From: the human T2T-CHM13v2.0 reference genome, Homo sapiens
Length of the DNA stretch: 64,000 nucleotides
Reading direction: 5' to 3' (one strand)
Assembly (NCBI RefSeq): GCF_009914755.1
Contig: NC_060936.1
The position numbers and the translations under genes were made by a program. The notes beneath the pieces are model-generated. The model was not told where the DNA came from and did not search any database. It saw only the letters and a program-made list of their open reading frames with translations. Positions 26,213 to 39,350 of this stretch are shown in pieces; positions within the stretch are counted from its first letter, which is position 1; each line of letters opens with the position of its first letter.

Positions 26213-26322
26213 AAGGAAAGGCAGCGCTGCGATCCAGCACAAACAGTGGTGTGGCGACTCCGTTTAGCTGTTCTGGAGCTCCAGCATATTGCACGAACAG
26301 CGGCGGCAGATAGTCCACGCAT
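26209..26322 (-). other. Upstream ORF 1 (37 aa, MRGLSAAAVRAICWSSRTAKRSRHTTVCAGSQRCLSL); TGA overlaps the KITLG ATG
   Basis: ATG at 26322-26320 is open to TGA at 26211-26209. The main ATG is 26212-26210 (ATGA). The ORF is seen in sequence; translation is not shown. Confidence 0.7.
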
Positions 26323-26407
26323 TGGGTAGCCCGAGCGCAGCGCCCTCTCCACTGTCCCTGCTTCCCGCAGCGCTTCTAGTCTCGGCGCGAGGCGGCGAGC
26401 GAAGCCC
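26213..26407 (-). other. KITLG: KITLG 5'UTR (exon 1); TSS approximately 26395-26407
   Basis: Minus strand GGGCTTCGCTCGCCGCCTCGCGCCGAGACTAGAAGCGCTG...CCTTTCCTT matches the recalled mRNA 5' end. A TATA box sits ~21-27 nt further upstream. Confidence 0.88.
26264..26287 (-). other. Upstream ORF 2 (7 aa, MLELQNS), nested in uORF1 in another frame
   Basis: AAT ATG CTG GAG CTC CAG AAC AGC TAA on minus strand; A at -3 gives an adequate Kozak context. Confidence 0.7.
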
Positions 26408-26427
26408 GGCTGCTGAGCCGCCGGCGC

Positions 26428-26463
26428 TTTTATACAGTTCCCGCCCGCCTGCTCCGGACACGC
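26428..26463 (-). promoter_or_regulatory. KITLG core promoter: TATAAAA (26428-26434), overlapping GC boxes GGCGGGCGGG (26440-26449), RCGTG HRE-like core (26459-26463)
   Basis: Motifs read directly on the minus strand at canonical distances upstream of the 5'UTR start. Confidence 0.85.
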
Positions 26464-27618
26464 CTCCTTCCCTTCCGGAGCCCGGGGTAGGCGAGAAGCA
26501 GGCAAGGGCGCGGAGGGAAGAATCGGGAGGGCGGCCAGAGCACGGTAAATGCCCCAGAAGTTTGGCAGATTAGGCCAACCTTGTCCGCTCGCCTGGGGGC
26601 CCCGGACCTGCACTGGCGGGAGACCGCGAAGGCGCGGGGACGCAGAGGGCGAAGCTTGGTACCCTGCAGCTACTGCTCGCGAGGAGTCCCAGCTTACCCT
26701 CCCGGATCCGCTGGGGCTCACCTGGCACCCCCGGGGACAGACGAAATACCTCGCGCGCCAGAGAGGGCTCGGAGCTCCCTCTGTTATACAAAGTCGGAGA
26801 GGGAGAGGAGTCCGGGAGGTTCGGAGCAAAGAATTCACCCTGCCTGCCTTAGAGAAATAAAGTTTAATTGCGATCTGTAGTTAGGCCATTGTCCTATCAC
26901 CTCTATTTTTTTAAAAAAACAATTACTTTAGTGAATGAATATTTAATAATTACAAGAATTGTTGACTCAAGGTTAAGTATTGCAAGGGGAGACGCTTCAT
27001 TTGGAATGGTTTGTTACTGTGTCTTTAGAAATTAAGATTGAAAGAGAAGCGATAGATTATTAAACTACAGGTCGCCAACACAGCAAGGCTTTGAAAGTTG
27101 TACTTTTTTGAACGGAAAGATAATGCAACCACAATAATAATAGCTAACATCATTATGTGATGCACTTATTCATGTGCCAGGTGCCAGACTAAGAACTTCG
27201 CATAGATTATCTCATTAAATTCTTTCATCAAATCTATTAGTGTAGATCTTATTATTTTATTCCCATTTTATGGACGATGAAATACAAGGTTAATTTTCTT
27301 GACCAACCATATCTAGTAAATGGCAGAGCTCTAATTTAAACCTGGAGCTCCAGCTGTACAGTCTTAAAAAATACTTCAAATATTTTATTGATTCTCCAGA
27401 ATGTGTCTGTTTTTGTTTGTATAACTGGAGAACATTCCAAAGCATTTCATTAATTTTTTAAAAGAAAATATTAGCTGAACATTAACATCAGTGATCTTTA
27501 AAAGAAAGAATAATGTATGAGTTTAGGAATTAGTTATTTTAATAATAGAGTAGGAGTCCAAATTTGCTTTAATTAGTTCCGGTGCGTTTGTTAAACATGA
27601 ATATGCCAAACCTGTAAT

Positions 27619-27730
27619 CAGGGCGAAGCTTGTTTATTTCACTCCAGATGTGCTGACTTCTGTGATTTCCCCAAATGTGGGAAACTCGACTGCATAATTT
27701 AGTGGGGGACTGCGTTCTCACTTTCTCATG
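27619..27730 (+). pseudogene. 5'-truncated U1 snRNA pseudogene
   Basis: CAGGGCGAAGCTT...CACTCCAGATGTGCTGAC...GATTTCCCCAAATGTGGGAAACTCGACTGCATAATTT-AGTGGGGGACTGCGTTC matches U1 from about nt 48 to the 3' end. It lacks the 5' splice-site-pairing end and has a 5-nt deletion at the Sm site. Confidence 0.92.
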
Positions 27731-27884
27731 TTAGAAAAAATATGTATAGACAGCACATCAATCATGATTCCAAGTTGATAGTTGCTTAGAAAGATTTTTA
27801 TACATTAGGTACTCTTAGTACAAATATATCGAACATCAAATATCAAAATGAGCTTAATTTGGATACTGGAGGCATAGCAAATGA

Positions 27885-28225
<341 letters not shown>

Positions 28226-28249
28226 TAAGGCTTTTTTGAAGTGGAGAAT

Positions 28250-28780
28250 TTTATTTTTTTTCTCCAGCTTTATTAAGTTATATTTGACAAAAATAGTATC
28301 TATTTACCACGTACAATGTGATGTTCTGCTTATGTATACATTGTGAAATTATTAAATCAGGCTAAATAGTATATCCATCACCTCACATACTCATCATTTT
28401 TGGGAGCTGAGAGTATTTAACATCTACTCTTTGTAGTTTTGGAGTACCTCAGTATATTCAGGGGATTGATTCCTAGACCTTTCAGGTATACCAAAATCTA
28501 CATATATTCAAGTCCCACAGTCAACCCTGCAGAACGTGCAGACACAAAAGTCAGCCCTGCTTATACATGGGTTTTACATCTCTAGAACACTGTATTTTCC
28601 ATCTGAGTTTGAAAAAAAAATTGCATATAAGTAGACCCATACAGTTCAAACCTGTGTTGTTCAAGGGTTAACTGTATACAGTACATTAACTGTAGTTATC
28701 ATGCTGTACAATAAATCTCCAGAACTTATTCATCCTGTCTAACTAAAACTTTGTACCCCTTTACCACCATTTTCCCCCCA
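28250..28780 (-). mobile_element. L1MA-type 3' end interrupted by MER8
   Basis: CATCCATCACCTCACATAC-like and GCTGTACAATAAATCTCCAGAACTTATTCATCCTGTCTAACT segments flank the MER8. Confidence 0.75.
28445..28675 (+). mobile_element. MER8 (Tigger-family) DNA transposon
   Basis: GGGGATTGATTCCTAGACC...ACCAAAATC...CAGTTCAAACCTGTGTTGTTCAAGGGTTAACTG-TA matches MER8 consensus with CpG decay. Confidence 0.85.
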
Positions 28781-30699
28781 AGAAAAGAAATATTTAGTGT
28801 CAATATAAACTCACTTTCATGTATAACATTAAGTAAATAACAAGTAGTACTAAAGGAGGACAGATACGACAAAAATAATCAAAATGGTATGAGAGTTACT
28901 GAAGCCTGGGAATCATAAATCTAACCATACGGATTTTATGAGACCAATAGAAAGGAATGGCCTAATTTGTTGTACCAGGTTTAAAGAAACAAGGCAGTGT
29001 TCCTAACAGAAATTCAGTTCAATTTCTTTTCATTCAACTCAATAATACATGCTACGTTCATCTCCTACAATGCATTCTCATTCTCCTCTCTCTTTCTCCC
29101 TCTTTCCATTTTTTTTCCCTCTCAGTTCTGTCTCCTCCTCCCACCTCCACCATTCCCTGGTTCTAGCTTTCTTAATATCACTGACTTTCTCATACGTAAC
29201 TGTATCTTTTGTTTCCCTCATACTGCTGCATTACAGTTTTGTTGTGTAATAATGTTACTTGAATCAAGAGAATGTCGAAGCAAATATCCAAGGGATTAGA
29301 AAGAGCTAATATGCAAATGAAAGATTTTGGGTAGGCTTATATGGAAGTCACAAATGGGTCAGAATGACTGAGATCTCTCCTTAAGACTGGCTTTTGATAG
29401 GGGATGCAGGCCAGCATTCAGTTGATTCGCAGAAGAAAAACCAAGGAGTTCCTTTAAACTGAACAAGAGGCAGGGCTATGTCCCAGGTGGACAGGAGGGA
29501 TGGGGGATGTTTTCTTATGGAAATAGCAGGCTACCATTATACAACTCAGGGAATTCAACATTTAACACACTGGGTAGAAAGTTATTTCATGATTATCTAA
29601 TTTTTACTTGAATACTTTCAATACTATTCGTCACTCATGCTATTATTGATTAATCCAATTTTGAAAAGCTTTTTTCCTGAGCTTTATCGTTTTTGTTGTT
29701 AAGAGGCAGGTGTAATTTACCAAATAAGTCTTATCTTGCTTTGTGCATGTGAAATATCTCTTGTTCATTCACTATTTTGTGGATATCTTCTTTTAGACAC
29801 ACATATTGTTTTCAATATTTTTCTTTTAAAAAATGTCTCTCACAAACTGAAACTTATTGCCTGACCAAGCCAGACCGGAGACAGACTGTCTATATCTGTC
29901 TTTGAGTGACTAGAGGAGGGGGAAAAGGAGAAGAATGCCTCTTTGATCATGAAATTTCCTCTGCTGAAAGCTCTTTGGTGGCTTGCCATTGCTCTTGGAA
30001 TAAAGAAATTAGCACCTTAGCAAAGCCTTCAAGGCCTCCAGGATCTCGCCTCTCCCTCCTTCTCCAAGGTCAATTCATTATGTGCTCCCTTTTTTCCAGG
30101 GCCAAGGCCCTTCTGTCCTCATAATTCTCACCTCAGGCCATTTGCAAATACCCTCCTTTCTGCCTCTGTTTGGACCACTTTGTTTCACCCTATCATTGTG
30201 CCCAGTAAGTATGCATTTATCATGTAGATCTCAACTCAGTATTCCCTATATTTTCTTCCTCAGGGAGGTTTTCCCTGATCTCTTTGCTTTGTTCAATTCT
30301 CCTCTTACTATAAAGTCGAGCATGAATTACCTATTTTTTATAAAACAACTGCAGTTTTGTATTTGTTTGTTTGACTATTTGGTTAAAGTAATTATGACTG
30401 CCCTTGCTCATTATTTTATTGTCAATATCTGTCACAGGGGAAAGAACAGAGCGAATCCCTTAAATATTGGTCAATTAGGTTGCTGTTGCCCATATAAGCC
30501 AGGAATTGGTCTAAGCCCTTAGTTTATATTCTGTCAATAACTTCTTATGACAATCATGTAAGAGAGGTAATTTTTAACTTTTCTACTTGATAAATAAGGA
30601 AACTGAGGATCAAAGAAGTATGGTGATTTGCTCAAGATCCCTCAATTGATAAATGGGAAAACCATGATCTAACCTAGACATATGGACTGTGGTTAGGAA

Positions 30700-31023
<324 letters not shown>

Positions 31024-31505
31024 TAGCACACTTTCCTGTCACTCTTCTTCCATTATTAGCACTCACTTTCACTTAGAGAATTCAGACTATTCCTTATCTT
31101 TCAAGAGAGACTGTCATTCACATGGTTCTGTTTTCCCACCTCCTTCCACTATCGGAGATAGGCTTAGTACCCTGATCTGTCCAGTCCTGATTGGTGGAGG
31201 AATGGGTACATCACATGAGATGGGCCAATCAGAATCCACTGTGGGACTTTTGTGCTTGAGCTAATGGGGAACAGTATCTCCTTCCTATGGAGTTTCCAAA
31301 CTACAAGAATGTGAAGTTCTCTTTGCCTATGTGAAGGCGTGTGATTTTACCAGCCTTGAAAATGATGAAATACATAATAAGTTCACAGAGTATTCTTTGA
31401 ATAATATAATTTTTCTAGTATTCAGAAAACAACATCAAACTGATTTGTCTAGTTCAGGGTTTTTCTTGATTATGTAATAGGGGTTAGCAATATTGTGAAG
31501 GATAG

Positions 31506-33995
31506 TGTATTAGTCCACTTCCATTACTATAAAGGGATGCCTAAGACTGGGTAATTTTTAAGAAAAGAGGTTTATTTGGTTCACAGTTCTGCAGGATGTA
31601 CAGGAAGGATGGTGCTGACATTTGCTTCTGGTGAGGCCTTAGGAAGCTTCCAATCCTGGAGGAGGGTAAAGCAGAAGCAGGTGTGTCAGATGGCAGGAGA
31701 GAGCACAACAGAGTGAGTGGGGGAGGAAGTCCCAGATCTTAAACAACCAGATCTTTCATGAACTACCTGAGCAAGAACTCACTCATTACCAAAGGCATGG
31801 TGCTAAACCATTCATGAGGGGACCACCCCCATGATACAATCACCTCCTATCAGGCCCCACCTCCAACAATGGGAATTACATTTCAACATGAGATTTGGAG
31901 GGAGATTATGAGAAACCATATAATTCTGCTTTCGGCCACCCAAATCTCATGTCCTTCTCTCATTTCAAAACACAATCATGCTTTCACAATAGTCCCCCAA
32001 GGTGTAAACTCATAAGTTCCAAGTCCCAAGTCCAACGTCTCATCTGGAGATGAGTTCCTTCCACCTATCAGCCTGTAAGATAAAAAATAAGTAATTTACT
32101 CCCAAGATGTAACAATAAATAATACAGGCATTGGGTATATGTTCCCATTCCAACAGGGAGAAATTGGCCAAAAGAAAGGAGCTACAGGCCCAATGCAAGT
32201 TTGAAACCCAGCAGGGCAGTAATTCAATCTGAAGGCTCCAAATGATCTTCTTTGACTCCTTAGGACCCACATCCAGGGCACACTGGTGCAAGGGCTCCCA
32301 AGGTCTTGGGCAGTTCTGCCCTTGTAGCTTTGTGGATGCAGCCCCTGTGCATGCTCTCATGGGTTGGAGTTGAGTGCCTGAGGCTTTGCAGGTTCAGGAT
32401 GCAAGCTGCTTTTAGATCTACCATTCTTGGGTCTGAAGGATGGTGGCCTCCTTCCCACAGCTCCACTAGGCAGTGACCTAGTAGGGGATCTGTTTACGGT
32501 CTTCAACCCTACATTTTTACTCTACACTGTCCTAGTAAAGGCTTCCTATGAGGGCTCCACCCTTGCAGGAGGCTTCTGCCTGGTCACCCAGGCTTTCTTG
32601 CATGTTCTCTGAAATCTGGGAGGGAGCTGCCAAGCCTCCTTCACTCTTGCATTCCATGCACCTGCAGGTTTAACACCATGTGGAAGCAACCAAGGCTTAC
32701 GGTGCCTTATGGTCTCCAAAGCAGTATCTGGGGCCCTTTGAGCTGATTCCAGAGCCAGAGCAACCAGAATGTGGGGAGCAGTGACCTAAGGCTGCACAGG
32801 GCAGTGAGGCCCTTGGCTTGGCCTCCAAATCCACTTGTTTTTCTTAGGCTTCTGGGCTTATGATGGGAGGGAGTTCCTCACAGACTTCTGAAATGACTTT
32901 GAGGCTTTTTTCTCATTATCTTGGATATTAGCTCTTAGCTCCTTTTTAGTTATGCTAATCTCTCTAGCAAGTGGCCACTCCAAAGCCTGCTTGTATTGTG
33001 TCCTGAAAATGACTTTTCCTGTTCTATCAATGGACAAGCTGCAAAATATCCAAACTTTTTTGACTCTGCTTCCCTTTTAAATGTAAGTTCTAACTTTAAG
33101 TTCTTTCTTTGCTCCTGCATCTGAGTATAGATTGTTAGAAGCAGCCAGGCCACATCTTGAACACTTGCTGCTTAGAAATTTCTTCCACCATATATCCTAA
33201 GTCATGACTCTTCAATTCAAAATTCTACAAATCTCTAGGGCATGAACACAAAGCAGCCAAGTTCTTTGATAGGGCATAACACGGGTGACCTTCACTCCAG
33301 TTCCCAATAATTTCCTCATTTCCACCTGAGACCTCCTTAGCCTGACCTTCACTATTCATATTTCTATCAGCGTTTTGGTCACTACTGTTTAACCATTCTC
33401 AAAGAAGTTCCATATTTTCCCTTATCTTCTTGTCTTCTTCTGAGTGCTCCAAATTCATCCAGCCTCTGCCTGTTACCAGTTCCAAAGCTACTTCCACATT
33501 TTCAAGTACCTTTATAGCAAAATCCCACTCCCTAGTACAAATTTTCTGTGTTAGTCTGTGTTACTATGAAGGAATACCTGATACTGGTTAGCTTATATAA
33601 ATAAAAAGAGGTTTAATTGGCTCAGAGTTCTACAGAATGTACAGGAAGTGTGGTACTGAAATCTGCTTCTGGTGAGGACCCAAGAAGCTTACAATCATGG
33701 TGAATGGTTAAGGGAAACAGATGTATCACATAGCAAGAGAGAGCAACCAAGCAAGTAGAAGGAGGTTCCAGACTTTTAAACAACCAGATCTTGCATGAAT
33801 TAATTGAGCAAGAACTCACTCATCACCAAGGAGTTGGTGCTAAAAATCTTAATATGATTTTTAAGCTGGGATCCACCCAGATCATTTGGGATCCACCCAG
33901 ATGATCCAATCACCTCCCACCAGACCCCACCTCCAACACTGGGAATCATAGTTCAACATGAGATTTACAAGGGACAAAACATCCAAACCACATCA
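31506..33995 (-). mobile_element. Complete MaLR provirus (MSTA/MSTB-type): LTR 31506-~31923, internal ~31924-33546, LTR 33547-33995
   Basis: Two homologous LTRs (TGT[A/G]TTAGTC...AAACCA..TCA) flank a ~1.6-kb MST-internal sequence. There is an exact 5-bp TSD GATAG at 31501-31505 and 33996-34000. Confidence 0.92.
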
Positions 33996-34339
33996 GATAG
34001 TAAATACTTACATTGTTGGTGGTTGGCTTTTTTCCCCCTTTATTCTATGCCTAAAAATTAATTGTATGATCAATTTAAAAATCAACAGTAAATAATTACA
34101 TTCCTGAAAAAAGTTGAGCTTGTATAATAACTCATCTTAGAAATTTTTATTTTTTTATCCCTCTTGTGAACCTCTAGAAATATTCATATTAACTCAGAAT
34201 GTTCTGTTTAGTCTTATCAATAAACATTAATTACATATTAAATGGAATTTGTTTGACAAAAAATAAAAAAAGCATGAGTGTCCCTGGAGATAATTATGAT
34301 ATGGATAAGTAATTATAGTTCATATCTATCAAATAATCA

Positions 34340-34893
34340 AGAAGCAAGCTCAGCTACTCACTGCTTGTAACAAGCATGAAGTGCAGTGGAAGGAAAATTA
34401 CTTTATTCCAGGGCTTGCAGTGAGGAAATGACCAAGGCTAGTGCCTTAAAGAAACCATTTCAAACTTTAGGGTGGGGAGAGGGGCTTAAAAAGGGAACTT
34501 GGAATGGGAGGCATGCTGGAGTGGCACTGGGTACAAGGTCTGTGTGTTTTGTACTAGTGGCTATCTTGAGTTACGGTTCGCCTAGAGTACGGGCTGGCAT
34601 CATCTCAACAATGGTGGGGTTGTTGACTAACTACCTTGAGGTAATCTCTGGAATTTTGTGTCTGGGTCTTCATGCCTGGTCTGTCTCAAAATTAGCTTCT
34701 GGAACTTCTAAGTAAGCACAACTTCTAAGTGTGCATGGTGTAAGTTTAACAAGTATACAGTTAGATAAATGTTCATAGGATCAAGGAAGTGTGTGATGAG
34801 AGAGGGACATAGCATTCCAAAGAACACTTCAAGGCTATAATTTAAGACTAGGGAGAAAAAAAGAAGGTTTCTGCAGTTTGCCTCAAGGTTACA
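34340..34893 (-). mobile_element. Probable ERV1-class solo LTR (family not determined)
   Basis: Minus strand starts TGTAACCTTGAGGCAAACTGCAG, has an AATAAA near the far end (plus-strand TTTATT ~34402), and has LTR-like length and composition. Confidence 0.45.
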
Positions 34894-34924
34894 TGTGGAG
34901 AGTAGGGGGAAAGGAGAAAAAGGA

Positions 34925-35720
34925 AAGAAGAAAAAGACAATTCTCAAAAGAAGAGATACAAACTGCCAACAAACATGAAAAATGCTCAACATCACTAATT
35001 AACATGGAAATGAAAATTAAAGCCACAATGAGATATCACCTCACTCCTGCAAGAATGACCATAGTTAAAAAAATCAAAACATAATAGACGTTGGTGTGAA
35101 TGTGTAAAAGGGAACACCACACTGCTGGTGGAAATGTAAAGTAGTACAACCGCTATGGAAAACAGTATGGAATTTCCTTAAAGAAGGAAGAGCAGAATTA
35201 CCATTTGATCCAGCAATCTCACTACTGGGTATCTACCCACAGGGCACTTGCATATGCATGTTTATAGCAGCACAATTAGCAATTGCAAAAATATGGAACC
35301 AGCCTAAATGCCCATCAACCAATGAGTAGATAAAGAAAATGTGTTATATATACATCATGGAATACTGCTCAGCCCTAAAAAAATGAAATAATGGCATTTG
35401 CAGCAACCTGGATAGAGTTGGAGACCATTATTCTAAGTGAAGTAACTCAAGAATGGAAAACCAAGTATTGTATGTTCTCACTTACAAGTGTGATCTAAGC
35501 TGTAAGAATGCAAAGGCACAGAATGATATAATAAACTTTGGGGACTTGAAGACAAGAGTGGGAGGGGGTGAGAAAAGACCACACGTTGGGTATAGTGTAC
35601 ACTGCTCGGGGGCAGGTGCAACAAAATCTCAGAAATTACCACCAAAGAACTTATCCATGTAACCAAAAAACACTTGTTCCCCTAAAACTATTGAAATTTA
35701 AAAAGAAAAGAAAAGAAAAT
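34925..35720 (+). mobile_element. L1PB/L1MA 3' fragment (ORF2 C-terminus + 3'UTR)
   Basis: Encodes decayed ...[11 protein letters not shown]...; 3'UTR with ACCAAAGAACTTATCCATGTAACC and (AAAAG)n tail. Confidence 0.9.
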
Positions 35721-38345
35721 CTTTAATGTATTTTGAAGCTAAAGTGCTCATTACAGTATTGGCTATCACAATCCAATGAGAGAACGAGATTGCCAAGAAC
35801 ATCTAAAGGAATAAACTTATTTACACATTCTAGTAGCAACTTGAGGGAAAATAAATCCAGTGGATCTTAGAGATAGGATTTCCTGGTATATTTCAAAAGT
35901 ACAAATTCAGCTTTGCAGAGAGAACTTCAATCATTTATTCATTAGTCCCCTTGTTCGGCAAATATTTGTTAATACTTCCAGATGATACTATTTCCTTCAA
36001 AGCACATGATTAATAATTAATATTTAAATAATAACTGATTTTCTCTTTTATTGTTTAATAATTTCATCCAAAACATATTATTTATTTATTTTGTCACTGC
36101 CCTACTTTAGAGTCTCCTGAATCTCACCTAAACCATTCACCAATGGTCTTCCTATCCTTGGTCTTCTATTACTACAGTCCATTTCAACATTGCTGCAAAG
36201 TTACAGCTGCACATGTAAAAATCTGGTCATGCCACTTTTCTGTCTGTCATAGTATTTTTACCCTTGGTACCTAGAGAATAAAATCCAGGGCTCCTTACAA
36301 TTTGGCCACAATATTTATCATTCTCTATGTTCATCTGTTATCTACCTCCTTCCAAATAACCATATTGAACTTCTCAACATTTTCTCTTTGACACCTTTAT
36401 TCCTCTGCTACATTGTTCCTTTAACATGGAGTAGCTTTTCCTCCATTTTCTGCCCGAAATCTCTTTTTCATCATTCAAAGCCTGGTTCAAATATCACTGT
36501 CTCTTTGAAGCAGAGTGGTTGCTCATTCCTTACAATCTTAGGTTTACTGTTAACGGGAAAATTAATTTGTAGTACATGAGCCTCCACTCAGTGAAAGAGA
36601 AGCTGTTGCTCAAAACGTGCTGAGTAAAAGAGTAAAACGAGTTGTAGAAATGTGATGGGAACATTCTAGAGAGAGAATACACATATAGGACTTGATAAAA
36701 GTCCTATATGTGTATTCTTTTTTTGCAATTAAAAGTTTTATTAACATAAATATTTGCGACTCAAATTTAGAAACTAGAGAAAATTTAGAGATTTTTAGGA
36801 ACTATGAGTTTGTGAGTTATTTCATGAACACAGGTTTTAAGACTAGAAGAAAATTTTGCTAAAAGGTAGTTTACACAATTAATCTGCAGATGATGAAATT
36901 GAGGTTACAGAGAGGCTAATTTATGATAGAATGAGGAGTAGAACCCACATCTTCAGACTTGACTTACGCAAAACCTTCTGGTTAGTCCAGAAGCAGTACT
37001 TCCAAGGAATCAAGATCAAAGAGTAAATATTCTAGTGCTGTTTATAGTAAAGAGTGACTTATTGTTAAGGAGACAGTGGTTTTAAGATTATTCAGAAAGG
37101 AATTTCTAGAGAAGAAGAAAAGGTGGAATTGATTTTCTAAATGATATGTATTTCTATGAATATACTTTTTTATATTCCATATTACCAGAATATAGGAGAC
37201 TGTTGAATACATACATTTTAGATGCTCAAATATAATGTAATACCACAATTTTGATAAATTTTACCACAGGTCCCTCTTCTTCATAACCACTTAAAAATCT
37301 ATCATATAATCGTACATTTCGGCATCATTTCAGTTTATGGCTTTTTCTATGTCTCATAACTTTTATTTGTACTAGATAAATTAGTTTAGGTTGGTGGTTT
37401 TGGCAGCAATGTTATTCTTTTTGGTTATTTGATCTTAAAAAAGATTTGTGGCTTCAACTGTGGCAATGTTGTTTTTCATATTCTACTTTTGAAACATGTG
37501 TCCTCCAGTGAATCATTTAAATGAGAAGTTCCTAGGGTATGGCTTATTTCTTAACTGACAAGTTTGTTTTGCATCACTCTTGAAATGACAAAGTTAATAA
37601 AGGGTGTAGGTATATAGACAAAAGCAATGTTTTGGAAAGTTTTGTCACAAGATGCAATGCAACTCCCATGGTGTATTTTCCTGTGAAAACTATAAACAGG
37701 GAATACTGAGAAGCTATCAAACATTTGGGACTTTCTTCTTTCTGTCTTTTTAGGGGTTGGGGTGGATAGGGAATGAATTTGACATGAAGTCAACTAGGTA
37801 ACAGATAACTTTTACCATTTTGGGTTCCACAGTCCGAAACAGGCATTGTAATATTTCTTTTCTTTTTTCTTTTTGTGGATGTGCAACTTAGACAAGTTGT
37901 AGATTTTTCATATCTCCTTTCAACATCATCAGACCACTTATCAAGTTTGCATAAAATACATTTGTTAACAATGTACCTCATTGTCTGAGTTTTCTCTCAG
38001 CTAGAAACTGACTGCAGTGACCCCCATCTTCACAGGTTATGGGGATCTTAATCAGTTTTCAACCTATTTCCCAGAGGCCTTGAGGGTAGAGATGGCTTTT
38101 GGAATTTAGAGTTCCAAACTTAGACTGGTTAGTAAACCCCAGGCATTGTCATCATTGGCCGCATACACTACCCGCCCTCACCTATTTGTTTTTTTCTTTA
38201 TTTTTGTTGGCAAATGCCAGACACTAATTTTCTTATTCTGAAAACTATACCCAAGGTGAGACACAGATTAAAGAAGATGCTCATTTTCATAACCTCTGAA
38301 TTTTTAAATATGTTTCCTTTATTGTTTATTAAAAAATGCATTCTT

Positions 38346-38686
<341 letters not shown>

Positions 38687-38825
38687 TTAATGCCATGATA
38701 GCTTTCATTTACCTTAAAATATGCAGTGTGGTATTGTGTGTTTGCTATTTGAGTGAGGCTACATCCCACATGCTAAGAGCATTCTATTCAAGAATTTGAG
38801 TCCACAGCTGACCAGCAGGCTTTCT

Positions 38826-39350
38826 TTCTTTTTTTTATTATACTTTAAGTTTTAGGGTACATGTGCACAACGTGCAGGTTTGTTACATATGTATACGTGC
38901 CATGTTGGTGTGCTGCACCCATTAACTCGTCATTTAACATTAGGTATATCTCCTAATGCTATCCCTCCCCTCTCCCCCTACCCCACAACAGGCCCCGGTG
39001 TGTGATGTTCCCCTCCCTGTGTCCATGTGTTCTCATTGTTCAATTCCCACCTGTGAGTGAGAACATGCGGTGTTTGGTTTTTTGTCCTTGTGATAGTTTG
39101 CTGAGAATGATGGTTTCCAGCTTCATCCATGTCCCTACAAAGGACATGAACTCATCATTTTTTATGGCTGCATAGTATTCCATGGTGTATATGTGCCACA
39201 TTTTCTTAATCCAGTCTATCATTGTTGGATATTTGGGTTGGTTCCAAGTCTTTGCTATTGTGAATAGTGCCACAATAAACATACGTGTGCATGTGTCTTT
39301 ATAGCAGCATGATTTATAATCTTTTGGGTATATACCCAGTAATGGGATAG
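38826..39350 (-). mobile_element. 5'-truncated primate L1PA (young, L1PA4/5-like)
   Basis: Intact ORF2 C-terminus (MFIVALFTIAKTWNQPK...) and 3'UTR; perfect 20-bp TSD AGCTGACCAGCAGGCTTTCT at 38806-38825 and 39349-39368. Confidence 0.96.

Larger units (their letters stand above)
25610..26860. promoter_or_regulatory. CpG island spanning KITLG promoter, exon 1 and start of intron 1
   Basis: Abrupt switch from AT-rich, CpG-depleted DNA to GC-rich DNA with many CGs (e.g. CGCGTTCGCGCCGC, TCGCGCGCC). Confidence 0.93.

Noticed and set aside
26562-26578. NFI-like palindrome TTGGC...GCCAA in the promoter
   Set aside because: Spacer is 7 nt rather than the canonical 5.
26209-26838. 209-aa minus-strand ORF across the promoter
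   Set aside because: Starts ~430 nt upstream of the TATA-defined TSS. Long ORFs are expected in stop-poor CpG islands; only the last 37 codons (uORF1) lie in the mRNA.
25496-26880. Other overlapping 65-146 aa ORFs in the CpG island
   Set aside because: Pro/Arg/Ala/Gly-rich GC artefacts with no recognisable domain. The 26039-26242 ORF contains MKKTQ only because it reads through the splice donor.
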